59,409 bases of DNA from Pseudogymnoascus verrucosus (taxonomy: Eukaryota): NCBI GenBank assembly GCA_001662655.1, contig KV460234.1. The stretch is one strand, 5' to 3'. The notes below the pieces were generated by a model, which saw nothing but the letters and a program-made list of their open reading frames with translations, was not told where the DNA came from and made no database searches. The translations under genes and the position numbers were made by a program. Position 1 is the first letter of the stretch. Each line of letters starts with the position of its first letter. Below are positions 11,493-24,077 of this stretch, piece by piece.

Positions 11493-13557
11493 GATGCGAG
11501 GTTGGCTGGCAGACGACTGAGCTGGTCTTGGGTTCTTCTGGTGTTGGGCAAATACAGAGCAGTGGTGGGTGTGATATTCTGATAGCACTGGTTCAATTCG
11601 TATGAGAAGAGACAGTTATTGAGCATTGGGTGAAGTATATCAATATAATATTTTGAAGTCATTATAAGAATGTTATTTAATTGTTAGCAAACAATATCCA
11701 GCAAACACATCCTTTGAACACCAAACCACTCTATCAATGGAATAAAATAGTGATAAGCTCAGAACTTCTACACACAACCACAAACAAAATAATAACCTCA
11801 CGATCCTTTGTCCTCTACACATATCTTCACACTTCATCCAATATCACAGCCACATCAACACCTCCAACGACATCGTCAACCAACCCACACCCCTCCCACC
11901 TTCCAGAACCCCTTCCCGCCATCCACCCACGTTCTCCCCCCCCCAGCCACTCCATCACCCCATAATAGCGTGTCTTCCCTCTCCTTCCCATCCCTCCCCT
12001 CCCTCTCCTCCCACCATCCACCTCCCCTCGCTTCACCGCCCGCCCCACTCCCTTCACCAATTATTCCCGCACCACACCACACCACACCACACCAGCACCC
12101 CGCCCTTTCCACCCGCCGCCCCGCTCCATACCCCTACCCCTACACTTCTACCATCCAGCCAAACGCACACTACCCACCCAAACCCACTTCATCCCTTGGT
12201 TCTTCCGTGGCGCGACCGGTCGGAGCGCCCGTCATATTCTGGGTCTATACTCGAAAAAGGCACGTACTACGCTGTTTGCAGTACAGCGTCTACGGGAGGG
12301 TGGCTAGGGTGGCTAGGGTGGTGATGATGGCCAGGGTAGAGATGGCAGGGGGAGGGAGGGACGGGGCGGTGCGGTGGTGCTTCCGGTGCTGTGTGTGTGC
12401 GTGCGTGCGAGGATGGGATGGGAAGGGGAGGGATGAGGGGAGATGATAAAGCCAGTTAGGAGGGTTGCCGGTGAGCTGGGTCGGGTCGGAGGGAGGTCGG
12501 ATCGAACGGGATGGGGGAGGAGAGGCTACTGTGGGAAGGTGCGAAGGGGAGGGTCGGTCGGTTGGGTAATTGGGTGCGTATGCGTACAATATGTGTATGT
12601 ATGTGTGTGTGTGTGTGCATGTGTTGGGTGGGTGGATTTTGCTGCGAGTTGTGAGTGCGAGCGTGCAGGAGTCGTGCGGCGGAGTGGATGGTGGGTAGAG
12701 AGAGGTGCAGATAGCAGTAGTAGTCTCCGTACCTCCGCCACCACAATACAATCCAGTACAATCCAGCCCTCGCCGCCGACAAACCGACCGATACAACCTC
12801 CTACCGCGCCACCACCACGTCGTTAACAAGATCTCGACCAGGCTGTATGGTGACACAAACGAGATCCCTCTCTTTCCGGCGCAACCCCATCCGCTTTCGG
12901 TGCCATAACATCCCTTCTTAGACGACTACGGGCCGCACCAAGGACGCCACGTCGTCTTCTCTTTCCTTCGTGGTGGTGATCTCCCTGCTAGCGGGGGAGG
13001 GTGAGACAGCTTTGTCCCGTTGGGGAGGGTGGTTGTGTGTGTTCGCCGTGCCGAGGTATGGGGGAGGGTATGGTGAGGGCTGGGTTGTAGTGAAGTATGC
13101 CTGGGAACTGCCTTGTCTTGTATGTATGTATGAATGCGCGCGTTGGTAGTCTGCTAAGTGTGCTAACTATACCATACATACTGGAAGTACACCACGAAGA
13201 TGAGTCTAGGCAGTTGAGCGATTGATAATACCTCCCCCCTTCCCACTCCCAAGACACCCATCCATCCATCCCTCTTCCCCGCCCCACTCGCCCGCTCACT
13301 CCCTTCCCTTCCCTCGCCAAGCCACCACGAGAGACCCACGAGCAGAGGGACGAGCCGCGCAACGTGGGCATGGACGTTATTGTTCTGCATGTGCGCGCGC
13401 GGTCCGAGGGTGCGCGTCCGACTGAGTGATGTGATGTGCTGATGGGGTGAGGTGAGATGCGTAGCGGTAGCGGTGGGCGGTGGTGGTGGTGGTGAAACGG
13501 TGGTGGCCGTGGGGCGGGGGTGGGTGGAGGGAGGGAAAGGGGGATTGGGGATTAGGA

Positions 13558-13625
13558 CTGGGAATGGGAATGGGAATGGGGATTGGAGATGGGATTGGAG
13601 TGGCTATTGGAGATGGGATGGGGGA
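13558..13625. repeat. Degenerate hexanucleotide microsatellite (GGGAAT/GGAGAT/GGGATT)n
   Basis: Read directly from the sequence. Confidence 0.6.
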
Positions 13626-14758
13626 TGGGAGGGGGGAAACAGGGTGGAGAGATGGTCCTGCCTGGCCTGGCCGGTATATACAAGGTGCCAGACCTCAGAG
13701 AGGAGTGTGCCAACGGTTTCTCCTCGGGAGTTGCATTCATTACCAGGTTCCCTGCTGCCCGTTGAACCACCACCGTTAGAGTACCACACACACAACGAGA
13801 TAATCTAGATGGCTTTACTCTAAATCTCGCCATGGCCGCGCGCGGTATTGGAATAATCTCTCCGGCTCGCTCGGGATACCACGTCGAGTATTGGTTTTGT
13901 TGTATCCACTTGTCGCTGACAACGGGATGGGGGGAGAGGAGGGAGGGAGGTGGAGCGGCGGCGGTGTCAGATTATACTCTACCCCTTCCTTTGGGAACCC
14001 CCTTCTTTTTGGGGATGGAAATAGTGATGAAGGAGAGGGTGAAGAGGGGCCTCGGAGTAGTGATTGGGCCCGAGGTTTGGCCGGGGGATTATTTGGGGTT
14101 TGGGGATTTTTCTCAAAAGTTGCGTGTTTGTAGATGCCCCTTAGATCTATCTGTATTGTCCTGTCTTTGCGGATGCCCCAGGAATGTCAGGTTGGTTTTG
14201 CGATTTATACGTCTCTATTGTTCTGTCTTTGTGCTAGCTCAGGAGATATCAGGTTGATTTTGCGGTTTACTCTTCTCTATTGTCCTATCTTCCGAATCTC
14301 ATATTACAAGTTTCGCCCCGTCTATTATACACGAAGGTGGCCACAGCCACGCTCTAGTTTGCGCTGGACCAGTCCTCCACGATCCCTTCTCTACACCCAG
14401 ACGACGCCGCCCTTTCTATATCAATAGAAGGCACAGCAATGAAAACATCTCCAACGCCAGACAGTATAACCACCCCCTCGAGCCCCTCTCTAAAGCCAGA
14501 CGCTGCCCTCCCACATCTCCATGCGAAGACAGACAGTAACGCCACACAAAAAGCCACCCCATATACTATAGAAATGCACTCCCTAACCCATAACAGACGT
14601 GACCATAACCGTAGTCGGATATCATAGAAAAGAAAACAAATGCAAACGCTCCAGTCCCCATCTCACATACACCTTCCTCTCCTCAATAAACGCCGTAGCC
14701 CACCCCATAACAGTGCATATGTCCATACTCCATCCCGAAATATTCAAGGCCGCAGCCC

Positions 14759-17700
14759 TCACTCCTCGATCCTCAATCTCTTGATCGAGCCCACAGCCGC
14801 AATAGCAGCCTTGCGCTTCGACCTTCCCGTCCCCGTCAGGACAGCGTCCTCGTACTCCATCCTAACCGGCGTCGACATAGCGGACTTGCGCTTCGACCTC
14901 CCCGTAGCCGTCACGGCAGGTTCGTCATCGACGTCTATGGTAACTGGCGTCGCAATCCCAGGAGTCTCAATCGTCGTCCCATCACTCAAGCTACCCGCAC
15001 GACTCGCCGGGCTAGCCACCGCCTTCTCTTCAGCCTTCAGTCTATCCACCAGGGCCGCCGCATCAACCGCACGCTGGTAGTCGCGATCGATATCCGCCGC
15101 CAGCGCCTCCACAATGCGCATGTCCTCGGGCGACTCAGCGAAGTGCTCTGTGCACTTGTGGCATTGGACGTAGAAGGCGTTTGGCTGCTCAAAGTAGCCC
15201 AGCAGCTCGTACTCCTTCGTGTTGTCGCCGATCAGAGACGTCTTCTCGAAGTCGAGGCAGTCCTCGCAGAAGGCGCGTTCGCACCAGCGGCAGCGGTAGA
15301 GCATGCCGCCTGCGTCGGTGGTCTTTTGGTCGCAGTCTGCACACTGGTGTTGGGGACAGTTGAACTGCCATCCCTTAGTCTTTGATTGGAATTCGCGGTT
15401 GAGGCAGTTGAAGTGGAATGCACGGGGGCAGATGTTGCACAGGCTGAGGTTACCGCCGTCCAGGCAGACTTGACAGTGCGACTGGGCTGTAATCGGCGCC
15501 TTCTTTGGGCGTTTGGGCTCCGCGAGGCGGACGTCCTTGCCAGAGTAGGTGGGGACGGCTTCCCAATCTTTGCAGTTCATCGACTCCTTGCTGATCGCAA
15601 ATCCGTCGACCATGACCGTGGTATTCTTGCCAATGCGACGATCCGCGCGGTTGAACTCATCTGCAATATCGCGGTAGCTCGAGGTCGCTTTGCCATTGCC
15701 AGCCGCTCTCGCTAGCTTCTTGCCCTCGAAGACGTGGGCTTCGACTCTCTCCATCTCGCCCAGCCACCTCGCCTCCTCCTCTTCATCAACCTTGGAATCT
15801 GGGAGCGTGTCCTTCTTCACATTGATGTCGGCAGGCTGATCTTTACACTTTTCAACAGTCGTCGCCCAATCCCAGCTCATCATTTCATTGACATCAATTT
15901 CAGGACGTGAAATAGCTGAAGTTCCTCGTCGAACAAGAGACATCAACTGGCCTGTGCTGAGCTGAGGCATCTCATCCTCCACATTCTCAGTGACGCGACC
16001 TCCGGGTCCCTTTTTGGACTTGCCTGCTTTCGTGTGGATATCCTGCAAGGACTCCGTGACCTTTGCCGACAAATACAGCTTCTTCTGGATCCGACCCAAC
16101 ATTTGTTCTTCAACAGTTCCTTGGCTGACAAGTTTATATATCGTTACAGGTTTCGTCTGACCAATTCGATGGGCGCGTGCTTCGGCCTGCACTGTGATTT
16201 GCGGGTTCCAATCCTGATCTAGGAAGATAACTTCGGTCGCGGACGTCAGGTTAATGCCCAGACCACCAGCCCGAGTTGAGATCAACATCACACGGCTTTC
16301 CGAAGCCAGGTCATTGAACAGGCGGATGGCGAGGTTTCGGCGAGCTCTGCTGGTACTCCCATCAAGTCGTGCAACTCGGAATTCGGATCCATTTCCACCG
16401 CGGATTGCCAGGAAGTCCTCGACAAGATCCAACATCCTAGTAAAGCCAGAAAATATCAGGATCTTCTTCTTTTGCTTGATAACCAATTCCTTGACCAACT
16501 TCTCCAACACGATAAACTTTCCAGAGGCGAGAATAAGGTGATCCCCTGGTACGCTATCTGCTGGCTCGGCATTTTGGATTTGATACGGATGGTTGCAGAC
16601 CTTGCGGAGCTGCATCAACAGGTTCATCAACTTGCGCCATGAAGAGCTATTGTCTTTGCTGTCGGCACCTTCAGCCTCTTCTTTCCGCAGTGTTTCCTGG
16701 AGAATTGCCCGACTTTCCTTCCATTCGTCGCTGCCCACAAGCATATCATCCTCGAGGGTCTTCAACGCGGCATCTTGCTCTGCCGTGAGGATATTAGCTG
16801 CTCCGCCGTCATCTTTCATAGCTGCTTGTTCTTTGCCTTTAGCATCCTTGAAAAGGTCGTCAAGAAGACCTTTGTCGGCCCGCGTGATGAGTCTAGTGTA
16901 CCAGAATCGCTGCATTGGGCTCAAGGGTACGAATAGAACCACTTCGGTCTTGGGTGGTAGGTTCAGATTGACGCCGTTCGAAGCTTTCATACGGCGAAGC
17001 ATTATCAACTCCAGTAGAGTCCGGGAGGCGTCAAGGACATCATTCTTTACTTGCCCCTTGGATAGATTGAACGATTCCGCGAATAGTTCGCTCGTCTTGG
17101 CTATGAAAACCTCCGGGTACAGCCAATGAAGGAGCGCCCACAACTCCGCGAGGTTGTTCTGGACCGGCGTACCCGTTAGGATCAATCGATATTCTGCTTG
17201 CAAACCTTGTAGGGCTTTAGAAATGAGACTGAGGTCGTTCCTGCGTAGAAGTCAGTAATTGTATAATTAAATCGATTAAAAAGTCCGTACTTGATTTTGT
17301 GTCCTTCATCCAGAACAACATATCTCCATACGAAAGCCCGTTTGAACCAGCCCTGTTCCTTCTGATATGATTCGTAAGTTGCCACCACAACGTCGACCCC
17401 AGGTTCTTCCTCGTGGTCAGAAGCTGAGTCGATATCGATTATTGGCTTCCCAGACGCAGTACGCCGACCTTTCAGCTTGTTCTTTTGCCTCGTAGTTAAA
17501 TTGCCGTAAAAGTCTATCTCTCCAGAGGCGATCTTCTTGATGCGATCACGTTCCTTGGCAGGGCCGTGAAAGCGGACAACTTTCAACCCAGGGGTCCATT
17601 TTCGCGATTCGGCCATCCAGCTGCTAAGAACAGATAATGGGCAGATCACAAGGAACGGTCGAATTTGGCCTCTTTTGGGTTCGTTCTCCTTGAGGTACTG

Positions 17701-18521
17701 GATCAACGACAAGGTTTGGAGAGTCTTACCAAGACCCATCTCATCTCCGAGAATGCCAGACAAGCCGTTACGGTGCAGATATACCAAAAACGAGAGTCCT
17801 GAAAGCTGGTATGACTTCATGGTTGCCTTTACACCACGAGGTTGGACTTTGAGCTCTTCGTAAGCAATGCTGCCACCCTTCTTGGCGCGCTCCTCTGCCG
17901 TAGATTCTTTCTCCATATCCACCAGTTTCTTGATATAATTGTGTTCGGTCGGGAGCAAAGGCAGGAAGTAGTCTTTCTTCTCGATGAAGAAGCGTCGTCG
18001 TTTTGCGGCGGTAGTGTTCTCGATTTCCTGTCGAACAGCAACTCGATCGGTAACGGGGGGTTTGAAGGCCAATTTGTTGGCATTTTCATCGTTTACGTCG
18101 ACAACGGCATTCTTGTGCGCCTTCTATGAGTATGTCAGCATGGGTTCCAACTGCCATTTAATAAACTCACCGTTTGTCTGGGTACCGATGTTGTCGCTCG
18201 TAATGGCCTGCGCCTCTGCGTCTTTGGGGTATATTGGATGATTTCATCATTATCCAGGTTGATAACCCCGTCGTCAAGAAGATCTATGACAACTGGCTCT
18301 GGCTGGCCGGCGGAAGGCAGCTCAGGTCGCTGGGAGCCATTCGAGCCACTGGATACTGCTGGTGAAGCAGGAAGATTTGGGCGCACGGAGTGCCTTGGTG
18401 TGCTTGGACTTGCGATCATCTTGTGTTGGGTATGACTCGGTGAGAACTTGGCCAGGAGGCTCGATGCTGTGCTTCTGCGAAATAAAGGAGTTGCAGACCC
18501 TGGGGTCACTTGTGAGTCCAT
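14759..18521 (-). CDS. SNF2-family chromatin-remodelling ATPase with C-terminal PHD finger and Cys/His-rich (NSD C5HCH-like) domain; 3 exons
   Basis: Helicase motifs GILGDEMGLGKTLQ, VVLDEGHKIK, LTGTPVQNNL, MQLRKVCNHPY, STRAGGLGINL, DWNPQ...ARAHRIGQ. C-terminus HCQVCLDGG.LSLCNICPRAFHFNC...CPQHQCADC...CRWC...FCEDC. Introns ~18125-18170 and ~17241-17290. Confidence 0.92.
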
Positions 18522-18868
18522 GACCGACGGCGCCGGTCCTAATGAGCTCTCCTATCCTATCTCCGATGTGTGTATGGTTGCCGCTTTCAGTCAAGCACTT
18601 CCCAAGGTATGCGCCGGATTTGGATGATGCGAAGAACGAATGTGGTCGGGGTTGGCGACGAATGAGGGCAAGGCGAAAGAAAGAACAAAGAGCGAAGATG
18701 TGATTGATTGATGCAATGTGGAAGAAAGTTATTGTGGTTTCCGCAAGAAGGCAAAGGAATCTATTGTTGGATATGCCCTCTCTGAAAGGCTGGAGCGAAG
18801 AAAGCAAGGTCTCTCAGCCTGGTTGCTGTGAAAGGTAATTAATTGGTGAACTGGAGAGGGATCCAGGC

Positions 18869-18915
18869 ACGCGTGGGGTGGTGGATACGCGTAAAGTGCT
18901 TTTGACCCACGCGAA
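18869..18915. promoter_or_regulatory. Cluster of MCB-like elements in the shared SNF2/Clr2 divergent promoter
   Basis: ACGCGT at 18869-18874 and 18887-18892, plus ACGCGAA at ~18909. Confidence 0.4.
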
Positions 18916-19223
18916 GTCGCGCAAGGCAAAAATTAAAGTTCGTCGCCGCACGGTCTTTCCAGCCTTCGGACAATAGTATTGCCGAAGGGTAGTAATCTGG
19001 CTTTGGGATCTCGACCGATAGGCTATTTTGGTAGGGTGCCGTAGCTTCAGGTGGTGTAAACATAGTGCAACAGACCTATCGTGGGTGAATAAAACGTCAA
19101 TCCGACGTGCCACGAAAAACAAATTCACTCTCTACCTCGCCCAGCTAGTTCCTGAAGGTTTAGGTATTCGTAGGAGCCGTAATATTCAGGCTCTCAGGTA
19201 CTTGGGTACATGGAAACTATGAC

Positions 19224-20944
19224 ATGGCCCGCTTCACTACAGTAAGCGTCGCTAGGTCTGATGGCCAGACAGAATTTCTTCAGAATGGCAGCCTGGTCCC
19301 GAATGAGCCGCCACGAAAAGATGAAGCACCAGGTCCAGATGGCTCCATTGATTTCTACCTGAAGCTCCAGGAAAACGACCCTACCGCCCTCGATTGGAAG
19401 CGAAAGCTGGGCGGTATGCTTGTGAGGGACATTGGGGGACCTGAACAAGCAGGCATGTTCCTGATACTACTACTTGAAAATACTATTTCTAACGATACCA
19501 AGGAACAAACTTCATCCTCGCCGAGCTCCCCAAAGACTATGTTCTTTGGCAACACCGCCGAGTGAAGGCCAAAAATGGCAAGACTAACGCCGACTCCGCC
19601 CGGCAAGACACCTATCTTTATGGCCATCCGAATGGAAAGGGCAGGTTTAGGAGCGCCCAGGAATTCTATCCGCATCTCTTATGGCTCGCCTGTGATCAGG
19701 AGAATGACTCGTTCCATAATTGCTCCTGCAAGTACTGTTTCTCAGATAGGATGGCAGGGAGTGACGCGGTCACCAAGTCTGCCCAGCCGGAAGCCCTCAC
19801 CAAACCAATCGACGGCCGCGCAGAACCATCCAAGGCAACATTGCCTGCTCCTTTGGCCAGAAAAGCAGCAATTAAAACTGAACCTCGGACCACCCAAATT
19901 CTCAACTCCAAAACCGAGGAACAGAAATTGGACAGTAACCCAGCCAACGACTTCATCTACCGCCCCGGGGAAATCGTTTGGTTCAACAAGAGGACGAGCG
20001 CGTGGGGGCTTTCGGTAGTGCTAAAAAGGGACATACAGGATAACCAGCATCGTTACCTCTTGCAGCCGTTATCGCATCCTGTTAGCCACCCTGCTGCTGT
20101 CGTGAGAGATCGTGATTCAATCAGGCCCTGGCTTGCGTGGAGTGTTCCGTATCCTACCATTGCTCAACTCCGCGAGCTTACCTACGACCAAGTCCCATGG
20201 GCTAAGGTTGTGACTGGCGAATTTGGCAAGGGCGATCCGGAAGTGGACGGCAGTATTTTGGCTGCAAAGGCAATAAACGAGAGCTACTCATTATTCGACC
20301 GCGTTGATTTGCCCACAGCTCCAGGGGAGATGCACTATAAAGGAATGTTCCTTGGTGGCGAGAAGATTTGGGTTGGTGAACCCGTCAGGCTGATGGGCAG
20401 GACCAAAGACGAAATCGTTATTTTGGTTGTCAATCAGATGATTGAGAGGACAGTGGACGCAGCGAGTGCAGTCACAATCGTTGGGGATGTCTACAAGTTC
20501 ATCGATATGCCGATGCCAGCCGAATATCAGGACCGGCAGAACTGGCCGGTCAACGAAGACCTTCCTGTACGCGTGAATGCTGATCTAAGCTTCCGCAATC
20601 AGGTCTCGGCTGACGCAGGTGGGAATACCTGGTGTGAATGGCGACTACTCGAGCCAATGGCGAGGAAGGGCTTGAACGATATTAAAGGCCGCTGGTACGA
20701 AACCAAACTCCTTCTTCCGATCCTACGAGGGAAGCCTACATTCGATCTAGACATGCAGGCCGGCACTATGTCTGATGCCAGTTTGTTCATGAATTCAAGA
20801 TTTGAAGTTCTCGGCTCTGGCCCTGGAATGCGGAAGAAAAATCGGCTGGCCACCTTGGGGGGAGCAGTTCCAACTGACACCAAGATCAGCCGTGGGTTGG
20901 ATGGGCCACTGGAGGATAATATTATACCAGCTCAGGCACAGTAA
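19224..20944 (+). CDS. clr2: Cryptic loci regulator 2 (Clr2) domain protein, SHREC silencing-complex subunit homologue; 2 exons
   Basis: WKRKLGGML...FILAELPKDYVLW...DTYLYGHPNGKGRFRSAQEFYPHLLWL...CSCKYC (Clr2 N-terminal domain) and YKGMFLGGEKIWVGEPVRL...IKGRWYE (Clr2 C-terminal domain). A GC-AG intron at 19453-19502 joins the two ORFs in frame. Confidence 0.85.
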
Positions 20945-21386
20945 TAGGGCGAACTTCAATAACTCTATCAGTCTGGACCCTGAAGACTGGCCTGGATGTT
21001 TGAAATACGGGGGGGGTTAGAAGCAAAGATTGTGGAGCGAGTGGATATCTTTACCGCGAAGGAATATCTGATATAATCTAACTATGGCGTTGCATTCTGC
21101 TATCACAAATATTTTAGAGGGCGCTGGGCAGCGTGTTGGAACGATTCAGGTACGCCAGGGCAACACGGGAAAAATGTCTCTCGGTTCGGCCCTCGCTAGA
21201 GTCATATTTTAGGAAATTTTAAAAAATACTTAAATCAATCAAACAACCGCTTCGTCGCACTCTCTATTGGTGCCAGTTGAACTAACAAGTAAGTGTATGC
21301 TGTATATATGATATATATATATAACTTTTGAGCGCTGAGTATCAAAGAGCCCATCACGCCCTCAGTGGCGCGGACGGCAAAAAGAA

Positions 21387-21458
21387 AGCTCCCTGCCCGG
21401 TTCGAACGAGCGACCTGAAGATCTGCAATCTCCCGCTCTACCACTGAGCTAAAGGAGC
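21387..21458 (-). tRNA. tRNA-Cys(GCA), intronless
   Basis: GCTCCTT/AGGGAGC acceptor stem, TAGCTCAGTGGTAGAGC D-arm, anticodon loop TTGCAGA, GTTCGAAC T-loop and a downstream T-run. Confidence 0.95.
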
Positions 21459-21745
21459 TGATTTGATAATAGGAAATGGTTAAACGCATTTGTGTACCTC
21501 TATCTCCACATAGGGCACCAAAATTATGGGTAATGGTGCCAGGGGGAGAGTGAGTAGTGTGGAGTACGAGCCACCTTGCAATAAAGGTGGGGGAATGCGG
21601 GGAAGAGAAAGAGGCAAGGCGAGGAGGGGCAAGAGACAAAAAGAAAGTCAGGTACGACATTAGGGAGCTGCGGGACTGCGGGAACAGCCAGCACTCTATT
21701 GTGTCTCTAACTGTTTGATTAGCCATTCACAATTGGCAAAAGATA

Positions 21746-21817
21746 AGCTCCCTGCCCGGTTCGAACGAGCGACCTGAAGATCTGCAATCTCCCGCTCTAC
21801 CACTGAGCTAAAGGAGC
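21746..21817 (-). tRNA. tRNA-Cys(GCA), second identical copy
   Basis: Same 72-nt sequence as 21387-21458, with unrelated flanks. Confidence 0.95.
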
Positions 21818-22358
21818 GTGGTTGTTGTGATGTCGATGGTATGAAGGCTCATCAGTCATGATGTCGCTGTATATCGCACGATTATGCTAATTATGCTGTT
21901 ATATAAGCACTGCCACCTGTCATATACGGCTCCAGCACAAGTGTTCAACAGCTTCTATCTGTTGGGTTGATGAAGTTGTGTGAATATATAAAGTTGGGCT
22001 AATATAATGAAACATTTGTTTTCTGTATTTATTTGGCCTGCTCTCGCAATTAACATATCTTTGCTTGAGCAGCCCCTATTAAAATACCATGATCAGCGGG
22101 AGCCTGAAGTATCAATTGTATGGTGTAAAGCATAGCGTGGTACTTCTTAAGATATGGTGTTACTGTGCACACAGCACACCCAACTATCGACCAAGCTCCG
22201 TGGCGCTAAGATTAGATAACCAAGAAGGCACCACAGTCGTGACTTGCGACCCCGCGGTTACCATCTTCTCCCTCCTTCCCTTCAAAGAATATAACCTCGC
22301 ACTCCCTCCTCATACACTACTGGTGCCATATATTGAATGGCATGACCCATATACAGCC

Positions 22359-24077
22359 ATGACTGAGATAATAAGCGGCCAGGTACCGCCTCTTATCCTT
22401 GGGCCTTCTGACAAAGAGAAGAAATACGACCGCCAGCTCCGATTATGGGCAGCAAACGGCCAACAGGCTCTAGAGGATGCCCATATTTGCCTGATAAACT
22501 CGGGTTCGGGAACTACAGGTGTTGAAACCTTGAAGAATCTTGTTCTCCCAGGTAATTATTTACTTTCCCCTTAGTAAGATGGTGCCAAGCTGACCTTGGT
22601 TCAGGAATTGGCCTGTTCACAATCGTCGACGACAAATCCGTGGAGGAGTCCGATCTGGGTGTCAATTTCTTCTTGGAAGAAGCAAGTTTGGGAAGGCCTC
22701 GCGCTGAATGCTGCACAGAGCTTCTCGCCGAGCTCAACCCAGACGCTACAGGCCATTGGGCGTCCAGCTTCGATGAACATTCGGCGTTTACGCTTGTCTT
22801 GTACACGACCCCAATCGACGACGAACTCCTCAAAACCGTCAAAAACTACTGCCATATCCACAAAGTACCACTAGTGTCCATCAATTCCCTCGGGTTCTAC
22901 TCCTACTTCAATATTACCTTCAATGGCAACTTCCCCATAGCTGACACTCATCCCGATTCAACGGCAACCACAGACCTGAGGCTCTTGACTCCTTGGCCAG
23001 AGCTAATAGAGTTTGCCCAAGAGTTGACTATTGATATCGACAATCTCAGTGCCCACAAGCATGGACATGTCCCTTACGTAGCACTTCTGCTGCATTACTT
23101 GGAGGAATGGAAAGCCGAGAACTCAGGAAGCGTACCTCAATCGTATGCCGACAAAGTTAAGTTCCGGAAGATAGTAGCAGCTGGAGCACGTACCGATAGC
23201 CCCGAGGGAGCTGAAGAGAACTATGATGAAGCTACAGCTGCTGTATTGAAGACCGTGTCGTTGCCTGGTCTTCCTAGCTCTGTTAGGGAAGTTTTTGAGT
23301 ATCAGCCAAATCAAGTAAGATATTCCAATCCACTGGGAAGAAAATAATCTAACGTGATAGGATGAGGCGAAATCTGGGTTCTGGATTATTACAGAGGCAA
23401 TTAAGCAGTTTCACGCGAAACATGGTGCCCTCCCCTTGCCCGGATCGGTTCCAGATATGAAGGCCGAGTCGGAGGTCTATATCCAGCTTCAAAGCATATA
23501 TAAGAAAAAAGCCCGACAGGATGTTGATGAAATTTTGGAAATTTTGGGCACTATCCCCAACGGAAACGAGGTTGAGAAGGAAGAAGTTGAGACATATTGC
23601 AAGAATGCTGCATTTATCAAACTTGTCCGGGAGTCAGCGCCAGATACTGACAGAATAAAACAACTTGCAGGTAAGCCGTTGCAAACTACCACCTCACCTA
23701 CTCAAGGCTAATATTCAATCAAAGACTCGGAGCTAAATGCAGAATTCGAGCTGCAACCAACACTATTACCCGTCTACCTCGCCCTCAAAGGCAGCGAGTC
23801 CGCAAAACCAGAAGCAGGCGCGGCCGCGGCATCAGCACCCCAGATTTTGAGCGAAATATCCAAGATCGTCCCAGATGCAGCCAGTGATGATAGGCTCGCC
23901 CGAGTGGCAACTGAAGTAGCTCGAGCACAGGGTGGCGAGCTACACAACATTGCGGCTCTGACTGGTGGTATGGTGGCCCAGGAAGTGATCAAAATCATTA
24001 CGAAGCAGTATATTCCCATCGACAACACGTGCGTGTTTGATGGGATTGTGAGTCGCTCTCAGATTTTCAGGATCTAG
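22359..24077 (+). CDS. ULA1: NEDD8-activating enzyme E1 regulatory subunit
   Basis: [21 protein letters not shown]...[13 protein letters not shown] / IG.FTIVDD...DLGVNFFL...[11 protein letters not shown]...HGHVPY...[10 protein letters not shown]...[31 protein letters not shown]. Three introns. Confidence 0.93.

Noticed and set aside
7411..14627. Dozens of 60-210 aa ORFs in the two long gaps (other than the Myb-like gene)
   Set aside because: Low-complexity Pro/His/Gly/Tyr translations of microsatellites and skewed DNA, overlapping on both strands, with no domains or coherent splice structure.
14759..18521. Naming the SNF2 gene ISW2, MIT1 or CHD1
   Set aside because: No HAND-SANT-SLIDE or chromodomain is visible and the PHD lies C-terminal to the ATPase; the subfamily needs a phylogeny.
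21235..21726. 163-aa minus-strand ORF
   Set aside because: Runs through a tRNA-Cys gene and an (AT)n tract; no recognisable protein.
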